Shown: positions 9,446 through 19,610 of the stretch, piece by piece
How the letters are laid out: every line of letters starts with the position of its first letter
Position numbering within the stretch: the first letter of the stretch is position 1
Origin: Phycisphaerales bacterium
Lineage (GTDB): Bacteria; Planctomycetota; Phycisphaerae; WQYP01
Direction of reading: 5' to 3'
NCBI GenBank assembly: GCA_009781185.1
Contig: WQYP01000005.1
Coordinates: forward strand, 1 to 64,000
Length of the DNA: 64,000 nt
Notes under the pieces: model-generated
The model's input: the letters and a program-made list of their open reading frames with translations, nothing else
Database searches by the model: none
Told to the model about the DNA's origin: nothing
Program-made: the position numbers and the translations under genes

Positions 9446-9564
9446 ACACCCATTGTAATCTAACGAATGCATAAGCGTAATCTAACAATTGCGGCGATGA
9501 TATTTTTCCGTATAGGATGAACCGTTCCTGATTTCGGAATTCTGTCTTTTTTATTGGAGAATGT

Positions 9565-11370
9565 ATGCGTTTGGTGCGTCATGGTCTGTTATCGGTAGCG
9601 TTGGCGCTGGCTTGTCAATCGGTCTGTTTCGCGGGCAATGGTTCGGAACCGGTGGGTGAGCCGGTGGTTGAACCGGCTACTCTCAAGTGCCTGGGGGCCT
9701 ACTGGGTCATTAAGGGGGATGACAATAAGAATGCCCAGGTGAATGTGGCGTATCGGAAGGTGGGGACGCAGGAGTGGCTGGCGGGGCCGCCGCTGTTTCG
9801 CGTGGAAAAGGGGGCTTGTAAGGATGCCACGATCAAGCTGGGCAGCGATGACTGGCTGTTTGCGGGGAGCGTGATAGATGTGCCGGAGGGGACGCAATAT
9901 GAGATGAAGCTTTCGCTGGTGGATCCGGATGGGGGCAATGCGGAAAAGATCGTGAAGGCTTATACGATTGCGGAGCCGGTGGATCCGCAGGGGCCGATGT
10001 ATCACGTGACGCCGGGAACTGGCGGCGGGACAGGGACGGCGGCCGATCCGTTCAAGGGGATTGCGGCGGCGGAAAAGGCGGCTAAGCCTGGGGATACGTT
10101 TTTGCTGCATGCGGGTACATATGAAGGGAAGTGGGATGTCCAGAAGAGCGGCGAGGAAGGTAAGCCGATTGTGTGGAAAGGGGCTGGCGATGGGGAAGCG
10201 ATCATCGAAATGAACGATTCGGGACATAAGGAACACATGATCGACCTGTCGGCCGGCAGGCATGATGTGTGGTTCGAAAATCTGACTACGCAGGGGAGCA
10301 ATTACAGCGATTTCTGTTTGCACAATTCTTATCGCATCGTGATTCGGCGCTGCCATATTCTGCCGGATTTGCAGGGGATTTACGCGACGAAAGACAGCGG
10401 CAAGATGGGGCAGTTTTTCATTTCGGATAATGTGATCGAAGGGCATTGGCCCTGGCCGGCGACGGCGGAGGAATGGCACAGCTTGCCGGAAAACCGAGGC
10501 GTCTGGATCGGCGGCAGGGGGAACGTGGTCTGCTACAATCGCGTGCATAACACCAAGGACGGCATTGATACTTCGGAAGCCAAAGGGCCGGCGGAAGTGG
10601 CGGTTGATTTCCATAACAACGAGGTTTACTGCTGCTTTGACGATGGTTGTGAAATGGATGGGTCGCATCGGAATTGCCGGAATTTTTACAACCGTTACAC
10701 CAACACGTTGACGGGGATTTCGTTCCAGCCGGTGTTTGGCGGGCCGATCTATGCGTATCGGAATGTCTGCTACAACACGAAGGACGAGTTTTTGAAGTTG
10801 CATAACGATCCGTCGGGTGTGGTGGTGGTGCATAATACGTTTATTCACAAAGGGCCGGGGCTGTCGGTTTCGACGAAGAATGGGGTGTCGAACTGCTACA
10901 CGCGGAACAATCTTTTTGTGTTTACGGAAGGTCGTGCGTTGGATCTGGATATGCCGACGAAGGATCTGGATTTTGATTACGACGGTTTCTCCGGGCAGTC
11001 GGGTCAGTACTTTCTGCGGTACAACACGAAGGCGGGGAAATTTCCGTTCCAGACGGTGGAAGATGTAAGGAAGAATTCGCTGATTGAGAAGCACCTGATC
11101 GTGGTGGATGCGGCGAACATTTTCGCCAGTGGTTTGAAGACGCCGGAATATCAGCCGGATTGGAAGAAGCCTGAGAAGCCGCAGGCGACGACGGGGCTGA
11201 AGATTTACGATTCGAAGATTGTGGATGTGAGATTGGATCCGAAGTCGAAGGCGGTGGGCGCTGGGGAGAAGTTGCCGGGGTTCAATGACGTCAGTAAGCC
11301 GGTGGATTTGGGTGCGGTTCCGGTGGGCGGCGAGATGCCGTGGTATGGGCCGCGGCCGGAAAAGAAATAA
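9565..11370 (+). CDS. Secreted right-handed parallel beta-helix repeat protein
   Basis: 601 aa with a signal peptide. 'PFKGIAAAEKAAKPGDTFLLHAGTYEG' and repeated 'N..i..n.f' beta-helix turns. Paralog of 11576-13465. Confidence 0.7.
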   Translation: MRLVRHGLLSVALALACQSVCFAGNGSEPVGEPVVEPATLKCLGAYWVIKGDDNKNAQVNVAYRKVGTQEWLAGPPLFRVEKGACKDATIKLGSDDWLFAGSVIDVPEGTQYEMKLSLVDPDGGNAEKIVKAYTIAEPVDPQGPMYHVTPGTGGGTGTAADPFKGIAAAEKAAKPGDTFLLHAGTYEGKWDVQKSGEEGKPIVWKGAGDGEAIIEMNDSGHKEHMIDLSAGRHDVWFENLTTQGSNYSDFCLHNSYRIVIRRCHILPDLQGIYATKDSGKMGQFFISDNVIEGHWPWPATAEEWHSLPENRGVWIGGRGNVVCYNRVHNTKDGIDTSEAKGPAEVAVDFHNNEVYCCFDDGCEMDGSHRNCRNFYNRYTNTLTGISFQPVFGGPIYAYRNVCYNTKDEFLKLHNDPSGVVVVHNTFIHKGPGLSVSTKNGVSNCYTRNNLFVFTEGRALDLDMPTKDLDFDYDGFSGQSGQYFLRYNTKAGKFPFQTVEDVRKNSLIEKHLIVVDAANIFASGLKTPEYQPDWKKPEKPQATTGLKIYDSKIVDVRLDPKSKAVGAGEKLPGFNDVSKPVDLGAVPVGGEMPWYGPRPEKK

Positions 11371-11464
11371 GCTGGCGAAGGGGTCGCGACGCAGCAAGCT
11401 ATTGCCGCGATTTCGGCGGGAAGGGATTGGTTGTCTCACTTTGGTTGTCTCACTGCGCAAAGCG

Positions 11465-11497
11465 AAGCCCCGGGATTGCAATCCCGGGGCTTTTTTT
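11465..11497 (+). terminator. Rho-independent terminator
   Basis: Stem gccccgggat/atcccggggc with loop tgca, followed by T7. Confidence 0.85.
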
Positions 11498-11575
11498 ACT
11501 TCCTGCAGGTACCAAGTGACGCGGGCAAGATGCCTGCGGTACGGCGGGCGGGACGCCCGCGGTACGTAGGATGCG

Positions 11576-13465
11576 TTAATTTTTGCTGGAACGCGGGCCG
11601 TAGTGGGGGAGTTCGCTGCCCAGGGGATAGGCGCCCAGATCAACGGGTTTGGCGGGGTCGGTGAAGCCGGGGAGTTGCTCGCCGACGCCGACGGCGGGGC
11701 TCTTGGGGGCTAAACGCAGATCGACGGGTTCATAGGTCTCGTGGAAATCCGTTGGGATGACAATCTTGGCTGCGAAAAGACCATCTGGCTTGCAGATGAA
11801 GGAATGTTTGAGCAGACCGGCGGCCTGGGCGTCCTGCAGGGTCTTGTAACGCTGGCCGTTCCACTTGAGGATGTTCGTAAAGTCCCCGACGGCAAATCCG
11901 AAATAATCGAAATCGCAGTTCACTGTCTTGGCATCGCACTGGATGACTGTACCACTGGTCTTGTTGGCAACCAAAAGATTATTTCGCATCACGCAGTTGT
12001 AAACCGGGGCAGGGGTCCAGATGCCCAGCGTATCGGTCGCTGAGACGATGGTGTTGTTGTAAAAGAGAACGCCGGAAGGGCTGTTGTGAATTTTGAAGGG
12101 TTCTTCCTGCATGTTATAGAGTGCGTTGCGGACGATGTATTGTGGGCCGCCGAGGACGGGGGCGATGGAGATGGGGTGCAGGACGTTGGTGATGCGATTA
12201 TCGAAGACGCGGACGTTGCGGACGGTATCTTTGTATTCGATGCCGTCGTCGGTGCATTGGCGGACCTCGTTATTGTAGGCGTCGATATCTTCGACGAAGC
12301 GTCCGCGGAAGGTTTGGATGCCGTCGCCGAAGTTATGGACGTAATTGTAGGCGACGATATTGTTGACGCCGTTGACCCAGATGCCGCAGTCGTCGGGGAT
12401 TTTGGTTTTCTTGGGCCAGGAGGTGCAGCCTTGGAGGTCGTTATCGGTGATGATGAGTCCGCCGAGGAAGAGGCCGTCATTTCCGCCGTTGGGGTGTTTG
12501 TTGGCGTTGATGCCACTCCAGACGTTGTCGATGTGGCAATGGCGAATGACCAGGTGAGCGGACTCGTGGCCGACCAGGGCGTAGAGGCCGTTGCGAATGG
12601 TGATGTTTTCAAACCAGACATCGTGCTGGCCGATGATGGAGACGACGCGGGAGGTGAGCCACTTGGCGCGGACTTCGGGAGTGAAGTTGGTCATGACTTC
12701 GTCGCTGAATTTGACATCTCCGACTTTTTGGGCGGCGTCTGGGAGCATGCCGTCGATGATTGCTTCGCCGTCGCCGGCGCCACGAAACATGACGGGCTTG
12801 TCAGGCGTGCCGCTGACGGTGATTTCCCAGGGGCCCTGGTATTTTCCGGCGTGGAGCAGGACGGTGTCGCCGGGCTTGACGCCGGAGATGGAGCTGAGGC
12901 CTTTGAAGGGATCGGCTTTTGAGCCTGTGCCGCCGCCGGTGCCGGGAACTACATGCAGTTCGCGTCCGCCGGTGGGGGCTACCGGCTCGGCGAGGGTTTT
13001 GCTTTCCAATGTTTTACTGACGTCGCCCCCCCCCGCACTCTTGAGGGTGAGTTTGATCTGGTAAGCGGTGCCGGGTTTGAGCGCAATAATGCTGCCGGAG
13101 AAGAGGTGGCAGTCTGAGGGGATTTCGACGACTTTGGCGGGATGAATGAAACCGTTCTTCCATTCGAACTCGGCGATTTCATGCTTGACGGCGGTGCCGG
13201 TGGATTGCTTGAGGTTGGAAGTGTCCACACGCCAGAGCGGGGGGCCCTGGAGCCATTTTTCCTGGCCTTGTTCGCGGTATTCGACTTCGACTTTGGCCTT
13301 GGCGTCCTGGTCGCCCTTGATGATCCATGAAGCGCCCAGGCAGCGGAAGGTGGGCAGTTCGAGGATCGGATCGCCGACGGGTTCGGCGGCTTTCGCGGAG
13401 GCAGCGAGAACTGCCGCGGAAGAGATTGCAAAGGCTAAAACACCACGAGTCAAACGCTTCATCAA
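11576..13465 (-). CDS. Secreted right-handed parallel beta-helix repeat protein (paralog)
   Basis: 629 aa. 'AEPVGDPILELPTFRCLGASWIIKGD' parallels 'SEPVGEPVVEPATLKCLGAYWVIKGD' in the convergent neighbour. Confidence 0.7.
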   Translation of the reverse strand: MMKRLTRGVLAFAISSAAVLAASAKAAEPVGDPILELPTFRCLGASWIIKGDQDAKAKVEVEYREQGQEKWLQGPPLWRVDTSNLKQSTGTAVKHEIAEFEWKNGFIHPAKVVEIPSDCHLFSGSIIALKPGTAYQIKLTLKSAGGGDVSKTLESKTLAEPVAPTGGRELHVVPGTGGGTGSKADPFKGLSSISGVKPGDTVLLHAGKYQGPWEITVSGTPDKPVMFRGAGDGEAIIDGMLPDAAQKVGDVKFSDEVMTNFTPEVRAKWLTSRVVSIIGQHDVWFENITIRNGLYALVGHESAHLVIRHCHIDNVWSGINANKHPNGGNDGLFLGGLIITDNDLQGCTSWPKKTKIPDDCGIWVNGVNNIVAYNYVHNFGDGIQTFRGRFVEDIDAYNNEVRQCTDDGIEYKDTVRNVRVFDNRITNVLHPISIAPVLGGPQYIVRNALYNMQEEPFKIHNSPSGVLFYNNTIVSATDTLGIWTPAPVYNCVMRNNLLVANKTSGTVIQCDAKTVNCDFDYFGFAVGDFTNILKWNGQRYKTLQDAQAAGLLKHSFICKPDGLFAAKIVIPTDFHETYEPVDLRLAPKSPAVGVGEQLPGFTDPAKPVDLGAYPLGSELPHYGPRSSKN

Positions 13466-13553
13466 TAGGCTCCTTGGGAAAATGGGATGTTCTTTTCTCG
13501 AATTTAAACGTTGGGAAAATCTTATTATTGCTCAAAAAAAAATTGCTGGTCCC

Positions 13554-13696
13554 CTCATATCGCATCCAAGGCGAACGAGCGTTGATCTTCGATCAACGGC
13601 TAAACTGCCAGCCCCGCATTGCCATGCGGGGCTCCACCCGCAAAGCGGGGGCGCTACGCGAAGCGGGGGCGCTATTTTGGTTTGCATTTCGTGTCA
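13554..13696 (+). repeat. Family D composite repeat (copy 3, lacks the 5' module)
   Basis: 'ctcatatcgcatccaaggcgaacgagcgttgatcttcgatcaacggctaaac...tgcatttcgtgtcat'. Confidence 0.8.
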
Positions 13697-13724
13697 TGCG
13701 GCTGGTGCGGGTGGGATGCAAGCG

Positions 13725-14747
13725 TTACTTGTCGCGTTCGGTGACGTAGTGGGCGGTTTGGATGAGGGCTTCGCGGGCTTCGCTGGGGGGGAGGGGTTGC
13801 AGGGCGGCGATGGATTCGTTGACGAGGCGTTCGGCTTCACTTTGGGCGTAGGCGATGGAGTCGGAGGGGGCGATGAGCTGGCGGACACGGGTGGTGCGGT
13901 CGGGAGCGTCGGATTCGAGCAGGTCGATCAGCAAGTTGCGGTTTCGTGAGGGGGCGTGTTGGAGGAAATGGATCATGGGGAGGGTGAGTTTTCCTTTTTC
14001 GATGTCGGTGCCGAGGGATTTACCGACGGTTTGTTGGTTGCCGCAGATGTCGAGGAGATCGTCGACGATTTGGAAGGCGAGGCCGATTTTTTGGCCGTAG
14101 GTGGCGAGGGATTCGATGTGGGTGGGATTGCGGGTGGAGGTCATGGCGCCCAGGCGGCAGCAGATGGCGGTCAGGGCGGCGGTCTTGCGGTCGATGATGA
14201 AATAGTAGGTTTTTTCGTCGAGCGTCCAGTTGTTGCGGTTGAAGTTCTGGATGAGTTCGCCTTCGCAGACAAGGTTGGTGGTGTGTGCGATGAGGCGGGA
14301 GGCGTCCTGGGAGTCGAGCGTGCTGCAGAGGTGATAGGCGTGGGAGACGAGGTAGCCGCCGAGGAGGACGGCGGCTTCGTTGCCGTGGAGATAGTTGATG
14401 GTGGAGCCGTTGCGACGGATTTTGGCATCGTCGAGGACGTCGTCGTGAACGAGCGTGGCGACATGGACCATCTCGATGACGGTGGCGATCGTGATGTGCT
14501 GGGAGGTCAGCGGGGCTCCCCCCCCGGCATCTTTCGCGGCGGCTAAGCCGGAGAGGAGTACCAGGGTTGGCCGGAGCATTTTGCCGCGGAATTCTGACAC
14601 GTGCGTGATCAGGGAGTTGACGTTGGAAAGGTCGGAGGCGAGCTCCCTGGCGAAAAGCTCATTGACGGAGCAGAGTTGAGGAGCGATCAGATGTCGGAAA
14701 TTGGCGGTGATGGTAGGCATATCCTTGTTGAGAGTATAGAAGGGCAT
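13725..14747 (-). CDS. Polyprenyl diphosphate synthase (IspB-like)
   Basis: Two Asp-rich motifs, 'LVHDDVLDD' and 'FQIVDDLLD'. The start is uncertain (ATG at 14747 or 14720). The ORF track start at 14903 is judged too long. Confidence 0.85.
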   Translation of the reverse strand: MPFYTLNKDMPTITANFRHLIAPQLCSVNELFARELASDLSNVNSLITHVSEFRGKMLRPTLVLLSGLAAAKDAGGGAPLTSQHITIATVIEMVHVATLVHDDVLDDAKIRRNGSTINYLHGNEAAVLLGGYLVSHAYHLCSTLDSQDASRLIAHTTNLVCEGELIQNFNRNNWTLDEKTYYFIIDRKTAALTAICCRLGAMTSTRNPTHIESLATYGQKIGLAFQIVDDLLDICGNQQTVGKSLGTDIEKGKLTLPMIHFLQHAPSRNRNLLIDLLESDAPDRTTRVRQLIAPSDSIAYAQSEAERLVNESIAALQPLPPSEAREALIQTAHYVTERDK

Positions 14748-14890
14748 GTGGGGGTTTGCCACCGAACATGGAAGGGGGGACAAGGTGACAGGGTGACAAG
14801 AAGCATCGGGTGGTAACGTGCAGTGTTGAAAAGATGCATAGTTCGCGACGCCGCAAGCGTTTTCGGTGCCCTGGTGCGAGAGCGGTGCCT

Positions 14891-14919
14891 GAGCGGCATG
14901 CAAGCATGCCGGCTAAATA
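14891..14919 (+). repeat. Hairpin motif gagcggcaKgcaagcMtgccggctaaata (copy 3)
   Basis: 'gagcggcatgcaagcatgccggctaaata'. The stem pair changes from G-C to T-A relative to copies 1 and 2. Confidence 0.8.
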
Positions 14920-14939
14920 GCAGTGCTCTTGTCACCCTG

Positions 14940-17006
14940 TCACCCCTTCACCTTGTCACCCCCACTGCCGGTGAGGAGGGCGGAGGCCTGGGCGATTTGG
15001 GGGGTTGTGCCGAGGAGGAAGACGGTGTCGCCGGGGCGTAGTTCGTCGTCGGGGCCGGGGTTGACCATGGAGGCGTCGGGGCGGTCGATGGCGACGATGG
15101 TGGCGCCGGTGCGTGTACGAAGTTCGAGTTCGCGGATGAGCTTGCCGCCGGCGGGCGTGTCGGGGGGAAGGGTGACGGGGTACATTTGGGCATTTGCCAG
15201 CAGGGGGGCGAGCGAGTGGGCGTTGGTGTCGTCGACATGGGCGGCTTCGGGCAGGGGGGCGAGGGTTTCGGCGAGTTGGACCTGGGCCTTGGCGTAGAGA
15301 CGGATAAAGGAGCGCTGCATGGCGGCGGCGACGAGGGCGATCAGGGCGATCAGGCAGAGCAGCACGGGCCAGGAGGGGAGAATGGCGGAAGTCAGCAGGA
15401 GGCCCCAGAGGGAGAGGAGGATGAAACCGATGGCTAAGAGCATGTTGGCGAGCAGAGCGCGACGGAAGGTCAATTGAAATTCGCCCCCCCCCCGTTCTCC
15501 CCCCCTTTCCGCCCCTCTGGTGATGGCGATTTCGGCCAGTGCCATGGCGATGGCGCGCATTTTTCGGATCATGGCGATCAGCAGGGGAAGGGTGAGGCAG
15601 ATGCCTACGAACCAGACGAGCGTGTTGGGGCCGCCGATCCAATGGGGGGTTTTGAGGTTTTGGATGGTATTGGTTTTTCCGAAGGCTGCGGCGGCGATGA
15701 GGATACCGGTGATCAGGAGGAGATTCAGGCCCAGTTGGAGGGCCCATTTGATCAAGAGCTTGCGGAACTGCGGGCTCGAGGCGCCGGAGCGGCGCAGGTT
15801 GGAAATCCACCGCGGATACGACTCGAGGTAAGCGACGAGTCGCGGCGGTGCGGTTCGCTCGATCCAGGCGGTGATCGGATCGGACGACTTGATGAGGTAA
15901 GGTGTCAGCAGGGCAGTGACGGCGGAAACGGCAATGACGGTGGGATAGACATATTCGGAAGTGACTTTGAGCTGCACGCCCAGGGCGGCGATGAGGAAGG
16001 AGAATTCACCGATTTGGGCGAGGCTCATGCCGACGCGCATGGAGGTGATGGTGTTGTTTCCGACGACGAAGGCGCCCAGTCCGCAGGCGATGAACTTTCC
16101 GACGACGACGATGATGGTGATGATGAGGATTTCGATGGGGTATTTGAGGAGGAGTTGTGGGTTGAAGAGCATGCCGATGGAGACGAAGAAGATGGCGGCG
16201 AACATGTCGCGTACGGGAGCGACGAGGAGGTCGATTTTTCCGTGCTCGCGTGTTTCGGCGAGGACGACGCCGATGAGGAAGGCGCCAAGGGCGATGGAAT
16301 AGCCGAGTTTCATTGCCAGGAGCGAGACGCCAAAGCAGAGGGCAAGGGCGACGACCAGAAGCATTTCGTCGGACTTGAAGCGATTGACGTAGCGGATGAG
16401 CGGCGGGACGCTCAGGAGTCCGAAGACCATGACGACGGCGAGGAAGACGACGAGCTGGCCTAAGATGATGGCGATGCTCATGGGGGTGATGGCGGTGGAA
16501 CTCGCGGCGCTCATTGCGGCGACGCCGGAAAGGATCACGAGCAAGAGGATGGAGAAAATGTCCTCGACGATGAGGATGCCAAAGACCAGCGAGGCGAACA
16601 TGGCCTTGGAGAGTCCGAGCTCCTGGAAGACCTTGATGATGATGGTGGTGGAGGAGGCGGAGAGGATGGCGCCCAGGAAGATGCTGTCAATGACGGTCCA
16701 TCCGAAGGCGCGGCCGAGGATGTAGCCGCAGAGGCCCATGACGAGGATTTCGAGGGTGGCGCCTGAGAAGGCGGTGATGCCGACCTGGACGAGTTTGCGG
16801 ATGCTGAAATGGAGGCCGAGGCCGAACATGAGGAGCATGACGCCGAGTTCGGAGAGGATTTCGATGGTGTGGTGTCGATCGTCGACAAAGGAGCAGACGT
16901 AGGGGCCGATGATGGTGCCGGCGATGATGTAGCCCAGGACGACGGGTTGTTTGAGTCGATGGAAAAGGAGAGTAACAACGCCGGCGGCGGCGAGCACGAT
17001 CGACAT
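14940..17006 (-). CDS. CPA2-family cation:proton antiporter (Kef/YbaL-like) with a C-terminal TrkA-C domain
   Basis: 'LKQPVVLGYIIAGTIIGP' and many TM helices. C-terminal 'RTGATIVAIDRPD..VNPGPDDELRPGDTVFLLG'. Confidence 0.85.
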   Translation of the reverse strand: MSIVLAAAGVVTLLFHRLKQPVVLGYIIAGTIIGPYVCSFVDDRHHTIEILSELGVMLLMFGLGLHFSIRKLVQVGITAFSGATLEILVMGLCGYILGRAFGWTVIDSIFLGAILSASSTTIIIKVFQELGLSKAMFASLVFGILIVEDIFSILLLVILSGVAAMSAASSTAITPMSIAIILGQLVVFLAVVMVFGLLSVPPLIRYVNRFKSDEMLLVVALALCFGVSLLAMKLGYSIALGAFLIGVVLAETREHGKIDLLVAPVRDMFAAIFFVSIGMLFNPQLLLKYPIEILIITIIVVVGKFIACGLGAFVVGNNTITSMRVGMSLAQIGEFSFLIAALGVQLKVTSEYVYPTVIAVSAVTALLTPYLIKSSDPITAWIERTAPPRLVAYLESYPRWISNLRRSGASSPQFRKLLIKWALQLGLNLLLITGILIAAAAFGKTNTIQNLKTPHWIGGPNTLVWFVGICLTLPLLIAMIRKMRAIAMALAEIAITRGAERGGERGGGEFQLTFRRALLANMLLAIGFILLSLWGLLLTSAILPSWPVLLCLIALIALVAAAMQRSFIRLYAKAQVQLAETLAPLPEAAHVDDTNAHSLAPLLANAQMYPVTLPPDTPAGGKLIRELELRTRTGATIVAIDRPDASMVNPGPDDELRPGDTVFLLGTTPQIAQASALLTGSGGDKVKG

Positions 17007-17074
17007 GTTCTGGAGAAATATTAAGATCTCTTCGTGGAGCAGTCGGGTACCCTCCGTGGGATGTTGATCGTGAC

Positions 17075-17190
17075 TCTAGAGCATTTTTCACTCGCCCGTA
17101 GCGTTTTGGAGCCCCGCATGGCAATGCGGGGCTTTGGCTCTCGCTTCCTGCGCATGTCATTACGCCACGACCACATGAAAAACGCTCTAG
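17075..17190. mobile_element. 116 bp MITE-like element with ~16 bp terminal inverted repeats (copy 1)
   Basis: Ends 'ctctagagcatttttcac...gtgg..catgaaaaacgctctag', with a central ccccgcatggcaatgcgggg hairpin. A near-identical inverted copy lies at 63301-63420. Confidence 0.8.
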
Positions 17191-17301
17191 CCTTGCGTGG
17201 AAACGCAAGGCTATTGTCCGCGAAAGTATCGAGGATGCGCCGTATTGAGTCAACCGGTATGCAGCCCGGGTGTTGTGCCGATTTGTACAGGAAACTAACG
17301 A

Positions 17302-18723
17302 TCATTCTCGGGCTCCGCAGGCGCGAAGCAGGTCGACTATTTCCTTCTGGCCGCTGCCTTCCGCATAGTGAAGGGCCGTCTTTCCATTGCTGTCCTTGAT
17401 TCCGTAATCAGCCCCGTGGTCAAGCAACATTTTCACTACCTCGAGACGACCGTACTGAGCGGCCCACGATAGCGCCGTTCGCCCTTGAGGGGAGAGCGTC
17501 TGAACGTTTGAACCATGTTTCATGAGGAGTTGGCACATTCCAGCGTTGCCCGTGTATGCCGCCTCAACCAGATAGTCGCCCCACGTTGCATCCTTCGTTT
17601 CAGCACCGACGTCTAGCAGTTGCTCGGCTATGGCAGCGTTGCCGTACATGACGGCCGTACCAAGGGGGTTGGCCCCAAGGCGAGACCTGGCGTTGGGATT
17701 TGCCCCCGCCGCAATCAGAGCGCCCACGCCATCCAAGTCGCCGTCTGCAATAGTCTGGCAAAGCACGGAAGTACCTCCGGCATCACACTGATTTGGATGG
17801 AGTCCCCGCCCCAACCTCTCCTTCATCGTCGGCCACGGTCGCCATTCCACATACAGCTTGGAGTTCTCATAATCAAAGGTCAGGCGAAAGTTGCGAAGAA
17901 GAACATTTCCAATAACCCCCGCGTAGCCCGGCTTTTTGCCAGGTTCTTCGTCAACGCCAGCCATCTGCTGGATCACGGCGCCTCGCACATCGCGAAACAC
18001 ATGTCCGAACACTTCAATCGAGTCATATCTTGTTCGGATCCGCTCAAATTTTTCTATACTCGTCTGATACTCCCATTGCGCGTCAGGCTTCATCACGCCA
18101 ATTCCGGGATTTTGCCGGACAAAAGAACCGGACAACTCCAAGGCGCCGTCATCGCCGGTATCCAGTGCAATAACAATCGGCTGGCCGTTGACAATAATCG
18201 GGATGTATGGCCTGTTATCCTTGCTAAAGGTCAGGTCAACCACCTGCGATCCCGCAGGAGGACGAAAGCTTTCACGCAGATAAAATGTAAGCGTCAACGC
18301 CTGTGGATCAATTGTAAATGGCATCGTACCCAATATGGGCGTGCCAACAACACCATTCATCTCAACGCCAAGAAGTGCTGTCGCCCACTCTGTGTCCATG
18401 ACTGTGGCATCATCATTAATAAACGGAACACCTCCTATCGCCACAGTCTTAGTGCGTACCAGATCGGTGGTCGTTTTCCCAACATGGCCGCGTAATTCCA
18501 CTACATGATGCTCCATCTTCGACAAAGCAAGCTTCTCCACAATGCCTCTGTCAACACATATACTCGCACAGCCAGTGTCGATGACAAAACGTCCCACGTC
18601 ATGACCGTTCACCTGTGCCTTGGCGAACATAAGGTTGCCCACTCTCTCCAATGGTACCGTGCGCGTACACGATGCCAGCAACATCCATGCGCACGCCAAG
18701 GCATAATACTTCATCGTGTTCAT
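17302..18723 (-). CDS. Lipoprotein with two retropepsin-like aspartic protease lobes plus C-terminal ankyrin repeats
   Basis: Lipobox 'LLASC'. Two DTG motifs ('FVIDTGCASICVD', 'IALDTGDDGALEL'). ANK repeats ('GRTALSWAAQYGRLEVVKMLLDHGAD', 'GKTALHYA'). Confidence 0.7.
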   Translation of the reverse strand: MNTMKYYALACAWMLLASCTRTVPLERVGNLMFAKAQVNGHDVGRFVIDTGCASICVDRGIVEKLALSKMEHHVVELRGHVGKTTTDLVRTKTVAIGGVPFINDDATVMDTEWATALLGVEMNGVVGTPILGTMPFTIDPQALTLTFYLRESFRPPAGSQVVDLTFSKDNRPYIPIIVNGQPIVIALDTGDDGALELSGSFVRQNPGIGVMKPDAQWEYQTSIEKFERIRTRYDSIEVFGHVFRDVRGAVIQQMAGVDEEPGKKPGYAGVIGNVLLRNFRLTFDYENSKLYVEWRPWPTMKERLGRGLHPNQCDAGGTSVLCQTIADGDLDGVGALIAAGANPNARSRLGANPLGTAVMYGNAAIAEQLLDVGAETKDATWGDYLVEAAYTGNAGMCQLLMKHGSNVQTLSPQGRTALSWAAQYGRLEVVKMLLDHGADYGIKDSNGKTALHYAEGSGQKEIVDLLRACGARE

Positions 18724-18890
18724 GCGTGATCGCCCTCCAGTCTCTGTCGCATCTCCAAGGATCCCCGATGCCATCGGACACAACCTACTATACAGAGCAC
18801 TGCCACACACGTCACCTCGAACGTGTCCCCCACAGTTCCGTAAAGGCTATTTTGTATGCAGCCCGCCACCCCGCAAAGCGGGGTCGCTAC

Positions 18891-19610
18891 CTACCTGCAT
18901 TTCGTGTCACGGATGCGTCCGTCCGTTAAATGAATGGTTCGCTGGGCCAGCGAGGCGACTTGGGAATCGTGCGTGACGAGCAAGAGGGTTTGTTTGCGTG
19001 TCTGGTGCAGGTTGATGAGCACGTCGAGGATGGCGCGGCCGGTTTTGGCGTCGAGGTTGCCGGTGGGTTCGTCGGCTAACAGCAGGTCGGGGGAGTTGAT
19101 CAGGGCGCGGGCGATAGCGACTCGTTGGCGTTCGCCGCCGGAGAGTTGGGAGGGGCGATGCTTCAGGCGATGCGAGAGCGAAAAGGAGTCGAGGAGCGAG
19201 CGGGCGGATTGTTTTTTGGTGCGGGAAAGGAAGAGGCCTTTGTATAGCGGCGAGGCGACCATTGCCGGTAACAGTGTGTTCTCCAGAACGTTGAGTTCGG
19301 GCAGCAGGTGGTAAAACTGGAATACGAAACCGATACGGCGGTTGCGGAGCTTGTGGCGATTCCAGAAATACATGTTCGAGACGCTTTGGCCGTCGAAGAT
19401 GACTTCGCCGGCGTCGGGGCGTTCCAGTACACCGGCGATGTGCAGCAGTGTGGATTTTCCGGAGCCTGAGGCGCCCATGATGGCGACGAATTCGCCGGGG
19501 AAGATCTGCAGATTCACGCTGTGGAGGACCTGGACGGTCTCGGGGCCCATGCGGTAGGCTTTTTTGACGTCGCGGAGTTCGAGGAGGGGGGTGATGGGGG
19601 GTTTACTCAT
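18891..19610 (-). CDS. ABC transporter ATP-binding protein (LolD/MacB-type)
   Basis: Walker A 'GASGSGKST', signature '[15 protein letters not shown]', Walker B 'LLLADEPT'. Confidence 0.85.
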   Translation of the reverse strand: MSKPPITPLLELRDVKKAYRMGPETVQVLHSVNLQIFPGEFVAIMGASGSGKSTLLHIAGVLERPDAGEVIFDGQSVSNMYFWNRHKLRNRRIGFVFQFYHLLPELNVLENTLLPAMVASPLYKGLFLSRTKKQSARSLLDSFSLSHRLKHRPSQLSGGERQRVAIARALINSPDLLLADEPTGNLDAKTGRAILDVLINLHQTRKQTLLLVTHDSQVASLAQRTIHLTDGRIRDTKCR

